Below, piece by piece: positions 48,841 through 59,300 of a stretch of 64,000 nt of DNA; position 1 is the stretch's first letter, and each line of letters starts with the position of its first letter. A program made the position numbers and the translations under genes. The notes beneath the pieces were generated by a model. It did no database searches and was not told the origin of the DNA. It worked only from the letters and a program-made list of their open reading frames with translations. Source of the stretch: Planctomycetota bacterium. GTDB lineage: Bacteria > Planctomycetota > JAJSAM01 > JAJVHW01. Where the stretch lies: assembly GCA_965248445.1 (NCBI GenBank), contig CBDFJG010000004.1, positions 992,001-1,056,000 of the forward strand. The letters run 5' to 3'.

Positions 48841-50321
48841 CAACGCTCACCGATCTTCGCGCGCGCCTCGAGCGTGCGGCCGAGGCGCCGCGTGCTGCGC
48901 TCCGTGATGCACGCGGCACAGGCGCCCGCCGCGCCGCTCTGGAGACGGCCCTTCCGTACGTCGAGGTGGTGCCTGCTCTGGCGCTCGTCATCGCGTTCCT
49001 GTCCACGCTGGGGCTCCCGGTCCCCCTGCCGCCTTGGTGGGTGTTGCTCGCGCTGACCGTCGTCCCCGTGGCCGCGTTCGTCTGGCATGGATGGTGGAGC
49101 GCCCGCTCCGCGCCCGCAGGCGTCATGGACGGCCTGGCACTGCTCGACCGCGAACTCGACATCGACGACCAGTTGCAGTCCGCGTACTCGCTCTCGCGCG
49201 TCGCCGCGCCGTCATCGTTCGTCGTCGCGGCGATCGAGGATGCCGAGCCGCACGTCGAGCGCGCCGCAGCAACCACGGTGTCGCCGTCAGCGTCGTCGTC
49301 CCCGCTCTCTGCGCGGGCCCTCTGGGCCCCGCTGCTCGCGGCTGCGATGTTGTTGATCGCAGTTCTCGTGGGCGGCGGTACCTGGGACGTGGGCGATGAC
49401 GCCGGACAGGACGTCGCGGACGCGCCCGCGCCGTCCGCGGGACCGCTCGATGCCCCCGAAGAGGGCGGCGGCGATGCGGAGGACTCCGCCGAGCGTGCGG
49501 CGCGCAGAGCGTCGCGCCTGAGCGCCGTCGAGACGGAGGCCGAGGAGTCCGACGCGCACGCGCTGCCCGATGAGGCGCGCTCTTCCAAGGGCACCGGCGG
49601 GGCCGGGGAGTCTGCCGCGGCGTCCGACGCGCAGGGCGCGAGCCAGGCGCGCGGTATGCCTTCGGGACAGGCCGAGTCCTCGACTCCGCCCGAACGGCGC
49701 GCCGCGCGGCGTCCCCCGAAGAAGAAACGGGACCGCGACGACGAGCCGCCACCGCCTCCCAAGGAGGACAAGGAGGGTGACTCCGGCGCGACCGCCGGCA
49801 GCGGTGCCTCCACGGGATCCAATCGAAACCCTGCAGTGTCCGACTGGTCGAGCAAGGACCACGTTCCCGAGACAGAGGACGACCCGCTCGAGGACGACGA
49901 GGACGTCGACGACGAAGATGATGAGCAGGACAACCGGGGCGGCGCGCAACCGATGCTGCGAGACCGCAAACCGCCGGTGAACCGCGACCTCACGATCGGA
50001 TTTGGAAACCGTCCGAGTCCTGATGCGAACGGCCGTGGCGGCCCGTCACAGATGAAGAAGTCCCGCGGCGTGGCGTCGCTGATCCTCGGCGTTCCGATTC
50101 CCGATCACGTCAAGGGGCAGCAGAGTCCCGGCCGCACGAAGGTAACCCAGGAGCGGGTAGAGCCGCGCGAGGACGATGCTCCGCGCGTGACGGCCGAACA
50201 GCGTACACCGCGCGCAGGTCCGGCCGGCGCCGTCGTCCATCCGGAGCTGGGGTGGACGCTGCGCGATCTCGTACGGACCTACTTCCTCACATTGCGTGAG
50301 CAGGAGAACACGAAGCCATGA
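48837..50321 (+). CDS. Membrane protein with long disordered charged C-terminus (MoxR-operon associated)
   Basis: GTGA overlap; three TM segments; LDRELDIDDQLQSA; acidic and basic tracts; C-terminal RDLVRTYF. Confidence 0.75.
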   Translation: MTTLTDLRARLERAAEAPRAALRDARGTGARRAALETALPYVEVVPALALVIAFLSTLGLPVPLPPWWVLLALTVVPVAAFVWHGWWSARSAPAGVMDGLALLDRELDIDDQLQSAYSLSRVAAPSSFVVAAIEDAEPHVERAAATTVSPSASSSPLSARALWAPLLAAAMLLIAVLVGGGTWDVGDDAGQDVADAPAPSAGPLDAPEEGGGDAEDSAERAARRASRLSAVETEAEESDAHALPDEARSSKGTGGAGESAAASDAQGASQARGMPSGQAESSTPPERRAARRPPKKKRDRDDEPPPPPKEDKEGDSGATAGSGASTGSNRNPAVSDWSSKDHVPETEDDPLEDDEDVDDEDDEQDNRGGAQPMLRDRKPPVNRDLTIGFGNRPSPDANGRGGPSQMKKSRGVASLILGVPIPDHVKGQQSPGRTKVTQERVEPREDDAPRVTAEQRTPRAGPAGAVVHPELGWTLRDLVRTYFLTLREQENTKP

Positions 50322-51343
50322 GCAGTTCAGAGACAGCGGTGTCGGCCGAGGCCGCCCGCGAAGCGGCCTCGCGCTTCCGCGAAGTGCATGAACGCATCCG
50401 CGAGCAGGTCGCACGGATGATGGTCGGGCAGGTCGACGTCGTCGACGGCGTGCTGGCCGCGTTGTTCGCCGGTGGCCACGTGTTGCTCGAGGGTGTGCCG
50501 GGACTCGGCAAGACGATGCTCGTGCGGTGCCTCGGCAAGGCACTGGATCTGCGCTTCTCACGCATCCAGTTCACCCCCGACATGATGCCCGCGGATGTCG
50601 TCGGCACGTCGGTGCTCGTCCCAGACGAGGACGGCGGGCACCGCCTCGAGTTCCAGGAAGGGCCGATCGTGGCGAACCTGATCTTGGCCGACGAGATCAA
50701 CCGCGCGACGCCGAAGACGCAGTCCGCGATGCTCGAGGCGATGCAGGAGCGGCAGCTCTCCATCGGCCGCCGCACGCTGAAGCTCGAGGAGCCGTTCTGC
50801 GTCATGGCGACGCAGAATCCGATCGAGCAGGAGGGCACGTATCCGCTGCCCGAGGCGCAGCTCGACCGGTTCCTCTTCAAGCTGGTTGTCGGCTACCCCG
50901 CGGAACGCGAGTACGTCGAGATCCTGGACCGGACGACCAGCGATACCGAAGTCGAGATTCAGGCGGTCTCGAGCGCGAACGAGATCGTCGAGTTGCGCGA
51001 CGTAGTCCGCGCAGTGCCGGTGCCCGATCACGTCAAGTCGTATGCCGTTCGCCTCGTGATGGGCACGCAGCCGGGCAGCGACTACTCGCCGGAACTCGTC
51101 AACGAGAACGTGGCGCTCGGTTCGAGCCCGCGCGGCGCGCAGGGGTTGCTCCTCGGCGCGAAAGTGCGGGCGCTGCTCGGTAGTAGGCATGCGGCCGGCA
51201 CGGACGACGTGAAGGACGTGGCGCTGTCCGTGCTGCGTCACCGGGTTCTCGTCAACTTCCAGGGGCAGGCCGACGGTGTGACGCCGGACAAGATCGTGCG
51301 CGCGGTGCTCGATCACGTCCCGCCGCCGCACGGCAACGTCTGA
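50318..51343 (+). CDS. moxR: MoxR-family AAA+ ATPase
   Basis: LEGVPGLGKT, RIQFTPD, LADEINRATPKTQSAMLEAMQE, ATQNPIEQEGTYPLPEAQLDRF. Confidence 0.96.
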   Translation: MSSSETAVSAEAAREAASRFREVHERIREQVARMMVGQVDVVDGVLAALFAGGHVLLEGVPGLGKTMLVRCLGKALDLRFSRIQFTPDMMPADVVGTSVLVPDEDGGHRLEFQEGPIVANLILADEINRATPKTQSAMLEAMQERQLSIGRRTLKLEEPFCVMATQNPIEQEGTYPLPEAQLDRFLFKLVVGYPAEREYVEILDRTTSDTEVEIQAVSSANEIVELRDVVRAVPVPDHVKSYAVRLVMGTQPGSDYSPELVNENVALGSSPRGAQGLLLGAKVRALLGSRHAAGTDDVKDVALSVLRHRVLVNFQGQADGVTPDKIVRAVLDHVPPPHGNV

Positions 51344-52242
51344 TGGCCGACGCGCCGCTGACCGTCTCGGACCTCGTCGACGCGGAGTTCCTCTCGTCGA
51401 TCGACCGGTTGCGCATCGTCGCCAACCGAGTCGATCCGGGCGGCCGCTTCGCCGACCAGCGTTCGCGCGAGTCCGGCAGCGGCATCGAGTTCCGCGACTA
51501 CCGCCCGTACTCATCGGGCGACGATTTGCGCGCCGTCGATTGGAACATCTACCGCCGGCTCGGGCGGGTGTTCGTGCGGCTCTTCGAGGAGATGGAGGAC
51601 CTGCCGCTCTACTTGCTGCCCGACGCGTCGCGGAGCATGTTCGTCGAAACGCCGCCCCGCGCGATTGCCGCCTATCGCACGGCGTTGGCACTCGCGTCGA
51701 TCAGCGTCAACCACCACGACACAGTCACGCTCATGCCGTTCGCGGAGGGGCTGCAGCCCGTCTCGCGGCCATCGTCCGGTCCCGGCGCGGTGCTGCGTCT
51801 GGCCCGCCGGCTGGCGGACGTGCGACCCGGGAACGGCTCCGAGCTCTCGGCGGCGATCGACAAGATCGGTCACATGCGCCTGCGCCGCGGAGTGCTGGTC
51901 GTGGTGTCCGACTTCTTCGACCCCGCGGGCATCGACGACGTCGTGAAGACCCTGCGCCGGGTTCGGCACCGCCTGCTCTTGATCCAGGTGACGCGTACCG
52001 CGGACCGGGAGCCGGACCTCTCCGGCGACGTGCGCGTGCGCGACTGTGAGAGCGGCTCCGCGGAGGACGTGTCGGTCACCCCCCACGTGATGGAGCGCTA
52101 CCGCGCGGCGTACGACCGGTTCGAGAGTGTAATCGCTGACGTCGCGCGTTCGCGCTCGGCGGGCCTCCTGCGGCTTGACGCCGACGCGCCGGTCGTGCCG
52201 CAACTCGTCGAACTGTTTCGCAGCGGGAGCTACGTCGCGTGA
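51343..52242 (+). CDS. DUF58 family protein
   Basis: GSGIEFRDYRPYSSGDDLRAVDWN, DASRSM, VVVSDF. Confidence 0.93.
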   Translation: MADAPLTVSDLVDAEFLSSIDRLRIVANRVDPGGRFADQRSRESGSGIEFRDYRPYSSGDDLRAVDWNIYRRLGRVFVRLFEEMEDLPLYLLPDASRSMFVETPPRAIAAYRTALALASISVNHHDTVTLMPFAEGLQPVSRPSSGPGAVLRLARRLADVRPGNGSELSAAIDKIGHMRLRRGVLVVVSDFFDPAGIDDVVKTLRRVRHRLLLIQVTRTADREPDLSGDVRVRDCESGSAEDVSVTPHVMERYRAAYDRFESVIADVARSRSAGLLRLDADAPVVPQLVELFRSGSYVA

Positions 52243-53906
52243 GCTTCGCGCGCTTCGGACCGCTGGGGGTGCTCCTCGGTCTGGCCGGCCTGGCCGGTGT
52301 GCTCTACCTGCTGCATCGCCTGCGGGTTCGGCACCGCGAGCACGAGGTCGTGACGACACTCTTCTGGCGGGAGGCAGTCGAGGACGTGCGCGCCCGTGTG
52401 CTGGTGAGGCGGTTCCGCCAGCCGCTGGCATATGCGCTGATGTGCGCGATCGCCGCAGCGCTGTGGCTGGGAGTTTCGGGACCGAGCATCGAGCCGGGCG
52501 ACGTTCGCGACCATGTCATCCTGCTCGACGCGTCCGCGGGCATGATCCGCGGCGGTCGCCTCGCCGACGCGGTCGACGCGGCGCAGGCACGTGTTCGGGC
52601 GCTGCCCCGGGCCCGCACTCGCGTGGTGGTCTGTGGCGCGCGTCCTGAGACAGCGCTCCTGCCGGGCGAGGACGAGGTGTTGCTCGCGGCCCGGCTCCAC
52701 GATCTCCAGCCAGCCTCCTGTCCCCCGACCACTGGCGACGCTGTGCGGAGCATCCTCCGCGCACCACATGAGAACCCGGTGACCGTGCATGTCATCGGCG
52801 ATCTGCCGGAGACGGTGCCCGGCGGGGCGAACGTCGTCGTCGAGGTCACGCCGATCGCGGCGCAGGACGCGCCGAACGCCGGTATCACTTCGATCGGTGT
52901 CACGCCTGCACGTTCGGGGCGCCGCGGCGTCGTGGACGTCTTCGTCGAGACACGCAGCGACGCGGGCGCTGCGCCCGAGGCAGTGTTGTCAGTCGCGGGT
53001 CGGGAGACGGTCCTGCTGTCGGGCGATGACGCTGTTCGGCAGGCGCTGCACCTGGATGTCCCGGCCGGCGCCGGCACAGTGGAGGCGCGGATCGCGGGCA
53101 GTGACGCCATCGTGGCCGATGACACCGCGTCGATCCGTCTGCCGTCGGACACGCCGATCCGTGTGCGCGTGGACGATGCGCTGCGGCCGGTGATCGAGGC
53201 GGTGACTGCGGCCGCGCCCGACCTTGTTCTCGTGGACGCCGCGGCTGACGTGACGGTCACGCGCGACCGGCGACAGGTCGATCAGCCCACGCTGACAGTG
53301 GCGGATCCGGATGCCGGACACGCCATTCACGTGACACACCCGGGAGGCCGCTCGGCCGCGGCGGTGCTCGACGAGATCGTCGCCGCGCTGTCTCTCGATG
53401 CCATCGACGCAACCGGACTCGCGCGGCGAGCGGGCCGAGCTGTCTCGGTCGGAGTCGAGCCCGGCGACACGCGGCAGCTGCGCGTCTGGCCGGCGTTTCT
53501 GGGGGACGACAGCGCTCTGCACGCGGCCCGCACGCACCCGGTGTTCATCGCCGGCGCGCTCCGATGGCTGGCTGGTCGCGCCGACACGCCGTCGTTCGCC
53601 GCTGCCGGTGAGCGCGTTCCCCAGCTGCGAGGCACACTCGTCGCCGCCGACGGTGCGCGCCAGGACGCGCTCGGCGCGGCGTTGACGCTCCCTCGTGCCG
53701 GCGACTACAGCGACGAGCGCGGCGAGACCGTGTCCGTCAGTCTCTCGTCTCCGTTCGTTACGACGGGTAACAGAGGCGAGAGCGCCGCGCCTACCGCGGC
53801 GCCGTCCGGCGGTGGCAGCACCGGCCTTGTCACCCTTCTCGGTGTCGTGGCTTTGGTGCTCCTTCTCGTCGAGTGGATGGCACATCGCACGGGGCGGATG
53901 GCGTGA
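52239..53906 (+). CDS. BatA-like N-terminal domain, VWA-like domain, C-terminal TM anchor
   Basis: LYLLHRLR...VTTLFW (BatA-like), ILLDASAGM, NAGITS, terminal LLLVEW. Confidence 0.8.
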   Translation: MSFARFGPLGVLLGLAGLAGVLYLLHRLRVRHREHEVVTTLFWREAVEDVRARVLVRRFRQPLAYALMCAIAAALWLGVSGPSIEPGDVRDHVILLDASAGMIRGGRLADAVDAAQARVRALPRARTRVVVCGARPETALLPGEDEVLLAARLHDLQPASCPPTTGDAVRSILRAPHENPVTVHVIGDLPETVPGGANVVVEVTPIAAQDAPNAGITSIGVTPARSGRRGVVDVFVETRSDAGAAPEAVLSVAGRETVLLSGDDAVRQALHLDVPAGAGTVEARIAGSDAIVADDTASIRLPSDTPIRVRVDDALRPVIEAVTAAAPDLVLVDAAADVTVTRDRRQVDQPTLTVADPDAGHAIHVTHPGGRSAAAVLDEIVAALSLDAIDATGLARRAGRAVSVGVEPGDTRQLRVWPAFLGDDSALHAARTHPVFIAGALRWLAGRADTPSFAAAGERVPQLRGTLVAADGARQDALGAALTLPRAGDYSDERGETVSVSLSSPFVTTGNRGESAAPTAAPSGGGSTGLVTLLGVVALVLLLVEWMAHRTGRMA

Positions 53907-56341
53907 GTCTCGTCTTCCAATCGCCCGCATGGCTTTGGCTGCTCGCGCTCGTTCCGCTGGTGTGGTTCATGCCGCGTCGCCTGCGCGATGTCCCACACGG
54001 CATGCTGCGCTCTCTCTGTCTCGCACTTCTCGTGCTCGGGTTGGCGCGCCCGGCGCTGCTCTCGCAAGGTGGCGCTGAGCACCACGCGATCATCGTGGAC
54101 ACCTCGGCGAGCGTCGCAGCCGATGCGCGCGCCCAGGCCGGCGCGCGTGCGACCGCGCTCGTGACCGGCGCGCGAGGAGGCGAACGCATCGTGCGGATCG
54201 ACGTCGGCGACGCCACCGCGTCGCCGCTCGGCGCCGCCCTTGCGGCTGCGCTGCGCGAGATCCCGGTCAGCGCGGCGGGCTCCGTGACGGTGTTCTCCGA
54301 CGGCCTGTCGACGGAGCGTGACATCTCGCGCGAGATCGCCGCGCTCTCGGCGCGCGGCGTGCCGGTGCACGTCGTACCGCTGCCTGCTGCCGCCGGGCCG
54401 CCACGGCCGACGGCCCTCGAGCCCACCGGACTACTGCGCGCCGGCCACACCGCGCGCTTGCGTGTGGATCTCGCCGGAACGGGCACGGCCGACGTTCGGC
54501 TCGTCGGGCCCGGTGGTGAGCTTGCGCGGGCGGACGGCGTCGTGTGCGACGGCGCGGTGTCGGTCCACCTCGAGATCGAACCGGCCGAGGCCGGCTTCCT
54601 CCCTCTCCGCGTCGTGACCGGCGACGGAGTCGGCTCCGCTCTCGCGCGCACTGTGCCTGTAGATCGCCCGCTGCGCGTGCTGCACCTCGGAGGACGCGTA
54701 GGCGATGGCGGCGCCCGGCTCGAGGACCTGCTCGGCGCGGGGTTCGACCTCGACGAGCAGGATGTCACGCCAGGCGCCGACCGGCTCGCGTCGTACGACG
54801 CCATCGTGGTAGACGACCGCCCGGTGGAGTCACTCCCCGACGACGAGCAGACTCGGCTCGCCGCGGCGGTCTCCGCCGACGGCGCCGGACTCCTGATGTG
54901 TGGAGGCGGCGGAGTGTTCGGCCCGGGCGGCTACCACGACACGCCGCTCGGCGACATCCTCCCGGTGGAGTGTGCGCAGAAAGAGGAGAAGCGCGATCCG
55001 AGCACGACGCTCGTCGTGATCATCGACACGTCCGGCTCGATGGGGGGCACGCGCGTGCAACTGGCCAAGGAGGTCGCGCGACTCGCGATCCGCCGCCTGC
55101 TGCCGCACGACAAGGTCGGCATTGTGGAGTTCTTCGGAGCGAAGCGCTGGGCCGCGCCGATCCAGCCCGCCTCGAACTCGATCGAGATCGAACGGGCGCT
55201 GAACCGCCTGGACGCCGGCGGTGGCACCGTGATCCTGCCCGCGATCGAAGAGGCGTTCTACGGTATGCAGAATGTGCAGACGCGCTTCAAGCACGTCCTC
55301 GTACTGACGGACGGCGGAGTCGAGCGGGGCGCGTTCGAACCAATGTTGCGCCGCATGGCCGACGAAGGGATGAACGTGTCGACTGTCCTCATCGGCCCCG
55401 AGGCGCACAGCGAGTTCCTCGTCAGCATGTCGAACTGGGGAAAGGGCCGCTTCTACAACGTCCCCAACCGGTTCAATCTGCCGGAGCTGATGTTGAAGCA
55501 GCCGACCACGGCGCGTCTCCCGGCGTATCGCCCGGGTGTGCAGCCGGTCACGGCGCACGGCGGCCCGTCGTGGTGGGGCGACGTGAATCCCGCATCGCTG
55601 CCTCCGATCTCCGGACACGTCGAGACGGTTGCGCGGCCAGGTGCCGAAGTGCTCGTCGAGACGGCGGCCGGCGCCCACCCCGTGTTGGCGAGCTGGGCGT
55701 ACGGACTCGGACGCGTCACCGCGCTGACGACCGAGCCCGTCGGACCCGGGACGGCGACGTGGCGCGAGTGGAAGGACTACGGTCGCGTGCTGGCACGCGT
55801 GCTGACCCGCACAGCGACGCGATCACCGCCGTTCCTGTTCGATCTGCACCGGGACGGGGGCATGGTTACGGTGCGCGCCGCCCGCGTGACGACGCGTGAC
55901 GTCCGGCCCGAGGTCCGCACGCTCGACGCGTCCGGCGAGCAGTCGGAGCCGGTCGCGATGCGACAGCGGGCCGACGGCATCTACACCGCGCGCATTCCTG
56001 CCGCCGACGGGGAGGACCTTCGGCTGGCGGCCGGCGCAGCGGGCGCGCCGGAGTCGAGGCTCGTCTCGCCCGCCGTCGCCGAGCACGCGCGCGAGTTGCA
56101 GGTCGATCCGCGCCACGCGCTCGACCTGGTCGCACTGGCGGAGGCGACGGGAGGTGAGGTCGTGGAACTCGCCGGCGCCGCCGCGTTCCGTCCGCGGGCC
56201 GCAGGCGGTCTGAACGCCCGCACCGCGACATCGCTGCTCCCGCTCGCGTGGTTGCTGGCGATCCTCGCGTACCTCGCCGATCTGCTTCATCGTCGTTTCC
56301 CGCGGCGTTTTCCCCGGCGCGCGCAAGAGGGTGTGTCGTGA
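53903..56341 (+). CDS. Membrane-anchored double-VWA protein with GATase1-like domain
   Basis: GTGA overlap; F..PAWLWLL; VDTSAS; YDAIVVDD...GLLMCGG...FGPGGY...LPV; IDTSGSM, LTDG; WAYGLGRV. Confidence 0.85.
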   Translation: MSLVFQSPAWLWLLALVPLVWFMPRRLRDVPHGMLRSLCLALLVLGLARPALLSQGGAEHHAIIVDTSASVAADARAQAGARATALVTGARGGERIVRIDVGDATASPLGAALAAALREIPVSAAGSVTVFSDGLSTERDISREIAALSARGVPVHVVPLPAAAGPPRPTALEPTGLLRAGHTARLRVDLAGTGTADVRLVGPGGELARADGVVCDGAVSVHLEIEPAEAGFLPLRVVTGDGVGSALARTVPVDRPLRVLHLGGRVGDGGARLEDLLGAGFDLDEQDVTPGADRLASYDAIVVDDRPVESLPDDEQTRLAAAVSADGAGLLMCGGGGVFGPGGYHDTPLGDILPVECAQKEEKRDPSTTLVVIIDTSGSMGGTRVQLAKEVARLAIRRLLPHDKVGIVEFFGAKRWAAPIQPASNSIEIERALNRLDAGGGTVILPAIEEAFYGMQNVQTRFKHVLVLTDGGVERGAFEPMLRRMADEGMNVSTVLIGPEAHSEFLVSMSNWGKGRFYNVPNRFNLPELMLKQPTTARLPAYRPGVQPVTAHGGPSWWGDVNPASLPPISGHVETVARPGAEVLVETAAGAHPVLASWAYGLGRVTALTTEPVGPGTATWREWKDYGRVLARVLTRTATRSPPFLFDLHRDGGMVTVRAARVTTRDVRPEVRTLDASGEQSEPVAMRQRADGIYTARIPAADGEDLRLAAGAAGAPESRLVSPAVAEHARELQVDPRHALDLVALAEATGGEVVELAGAAAFRPRAAGGLNARTATSLLPLAWLLAILAYLADLLHRRFPRRFPRRAQEGVS

Positions 56342-59300
56342 GGGGCGCCCGCGCCGTTCTGCTCGCACTCGCCCTGGCGGTGCCGGCGATGGCTCGCGCC
56401 GCGGACGCGGAGAAGCCCGAGCTCGACGCGTCGGTCCACGCGGCGCTCGCCGCCGCGCGAGAGGACCCGACGTCCGCCGCCGCCATCGCCGGGCTCGTTG
56501 ACGCGTGCGTCACAGCACACGGCGACGTCGGACCTCTCGTCGACGAGCTCACGCGCTTGCTCGGCGACGAGTCGATCGCGTCCGGCGACCGGAAGAGTAC
56601 GGAGCTCGTGCAGCTCGACGTGTTGCACCGCCGCGGCGACATCCGGCAGGCGCGCAAGCTCGCCGACCAGATGATCAAGGAGGATGATGACCCGGCCCTG
56701 GCCCTCCGGCGCGCGCGGCTTCTGGACGCACTGGGGCGCGGGAAGCTCGCGAAGACGGCCTACGAGGAGGTTCTCCCGCGGCTGACGGACGACGAGCAGA
56801 TCACGACCGTGCGGCTGCGGCTCGCGCTCCTGAATCGTGAGGAGCTCGGCGGCGGCGCCAGTTCCGGCACCCGCAGGAGCGGGATGATGATCATCATGTC
56901 GTCCGGCGGGTCGGTGCGCGGCGGTGCGAACAAGCGGCTGTCCCGCCCTCCGCCGGAATCCGGTGCGGCGCTCGCGGAATTCGCCGATCGCGACGGACTC
57001 GATGTCGCGCTGCGCAACCGAGCCGCCGCCGTGCTGGGAATGCTGGGTCATCCGGACCGCGCCGCGGACCTGCTCGTGCCGACCGGCGACGCCCGGAATC
57101 GGTTCCGGCAGGCCATCCGGCGCGCCGAGTGGGCCGTCAGTGCGCGTTCGTGGGACCGCGCGAAGGAACTCGCCTGGGCTGCGCTGGATGCGGCTCGATT
57201 CCGTCGGGACCGTGTGTACGCGCTCTCGGTCTTGGTCGAAGCCCACCGCGGCGGGGGCGCGCTGCAGGAACTGGTCGATCGTTTCGCCGCGATGGAGACG
57301 GTGAAGGACGACGTCCGCCGAACGTGGATCGACGCGCTTCGCGAGATTGGCAACGTGAAGGAGGCGCTCCGGCTGTTCCGCCAGTCCACCGGAGGCTCGT
57401 TCACCGCGCCGATGCGCCGCGAACTCCTCGAACTCTGCCGCCAGTCCGGAGACGACGCCGTTCTGCGCGACGCGTACGACGAGCTCGTAGACGCCGAGCC
57501 CGCGCGCGTCGAGTGGCGCGAGGGCCTCGCACGCTTCCATCTCGAGCGCGGCGACCGCGAGGCGGCCGCGGCGGCCTTCCGCGATCGGGCGCCCGATCCG
57601 GAGGACGCGACCTACCGTCTTGCAGCAGCGGGCGCGACGTCCTCCCTGGGGCTGCATGACCTGGCGATGGAACTCCTCGAACGCTGCGTCGAAGACGGGG
57701 ACGGCCGCTACGAGGCACTGATCTTCCAGTCCGATCTGCACCGGCGCCGCGGTGACTTCAAGGAGTCCGAGGCGGCACTCGATCGCATGGACGAGATGGC
57801 TCCGCCCGACGAAGCGGCACGCATGCAGCTGTCCGATGCGTTCGAGCAACTGGGCCGGCTGGACCGCGCCGTCGAGGTGATCGAGAAGGTCGTGGAGTCG
57901 CGCGGCGCGGACAGTGCCGGCGAGGACCTCTCGATGCGCCTGGCCTGGCTGCACTCCGAACTCGGCAACGAGGAGGACGCGCTGGTCGCTTGGCGCGAGC
58001 TGTGGGAACGCGTGGACTCGATCGCCCGCCGCCGCTACGTCGAAGACCGCCTCATGACCGTGGCGTCGCGTCTCGGCACGCTTGCGGACATCGTCGTGGA
58101 ACTCGAGGAACGGCTCGCTGCGGGCGACGCCGACCCGCGCGCGAGTGGATTGCTCATACGTATCTACACGCGAGTCGCCGACGCGGTCTCCGCGGCCGAG
58201 GTCATCGACGAGTTCATGAAGCTCACGGGCGGTGACGAGATCAAGGCACTGAACGAGAAGTCGTTCGTCTACCTCGCGTGCACGGATTACCGGAACTATG
58301 AGGCGACCATCGAGGAACTCCTCGAGCGCGACCCCGAGAACACCGGCGAGTACCTGCAGCAGCTCGCGATGAGCAAGCTCGAGCGCGGCCGCCTCGACCA
58401 GGCGCGCGGCGTGCTGGAGCGCCTGCGGAAGGTCGAGGACCCGGGCGTCGGCGCCGAATTCGAGGCCGGCGTGCTCGCGATGGCGGGGCTGCGCAAGGAA
58501 GCGGCGCACGCGTACCGGCGTGCGGTCGTGGGGCGCCCCGATCACATCGACGTGTACCTGTTGCTCGGAAAGACGCTCAAGGAGCTGGGGCAACAGGAGC
58601 GCGCCGTCGGCATGTTCCAGTACTTGGTCGAGCACGCGGAACGGGACGACCTCTTCACGATCGCCGTGGACGGGCTGCTCAACCTCGAGGCGCCGCCGCA
58701 CGTCCTGAAGTGGGCACGCCGCGTGACGTACGAACGTCTCGCGTCGCGGCACGACAAGACGTACCTCTACCAGCTCGTCGCGGATCTCTCCGAAGAGCTG
58801 AACGACTTCGATTCGATGATCCGCGCCCACGCCGCGTCGCTGCCGATCGCCGGCGAGCGCCGCACTTCGCTCCTGCGCGAGTTGATGGACCTCTGCGGAC
58901 AGCAGAACTACCAGTCGCTGCGATTGCGATACGGCCGGAGGCTGCTCGGCACGGACGAGGTCGTCCCGCCTCAGGTCTACCTGGACCTCGGCGAGGCGTT
59001 CCTCGGCGCCGGGGATGCCGCGGGCGCGGCGAAGACGTTTGCCCGCGCGGCCGATCTGCCCGACCAGGGCGGATTCCAGCGCAAGGTCGCGGACTCGTTC
59101 CAGCGCCGCAGATACCTGACGCGCGCGCTCGACGTGTACCGCCGTGTCCTGGTCGGCGAGGCGGACGACGTCGCGGTACTCGTCAAGGTCGCCGAACTCT
59201 GCGAGCAACTCGGCACGGACGAGGAGGCGCACGACACCTGGGGCCGCATCGTGGACCTGCTGCTGCGCCGACGGCCGCTCTCGGTGGTGAAGGGCAAGGA

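Noticed and set aside
50318..56341. vWA-MoxR ternary conflict (VMAP) system
   Set aside because: No VMAP-like or effector/peptidase fusions are seen; DUF58 and BatA partners indicate the Bat-like type.
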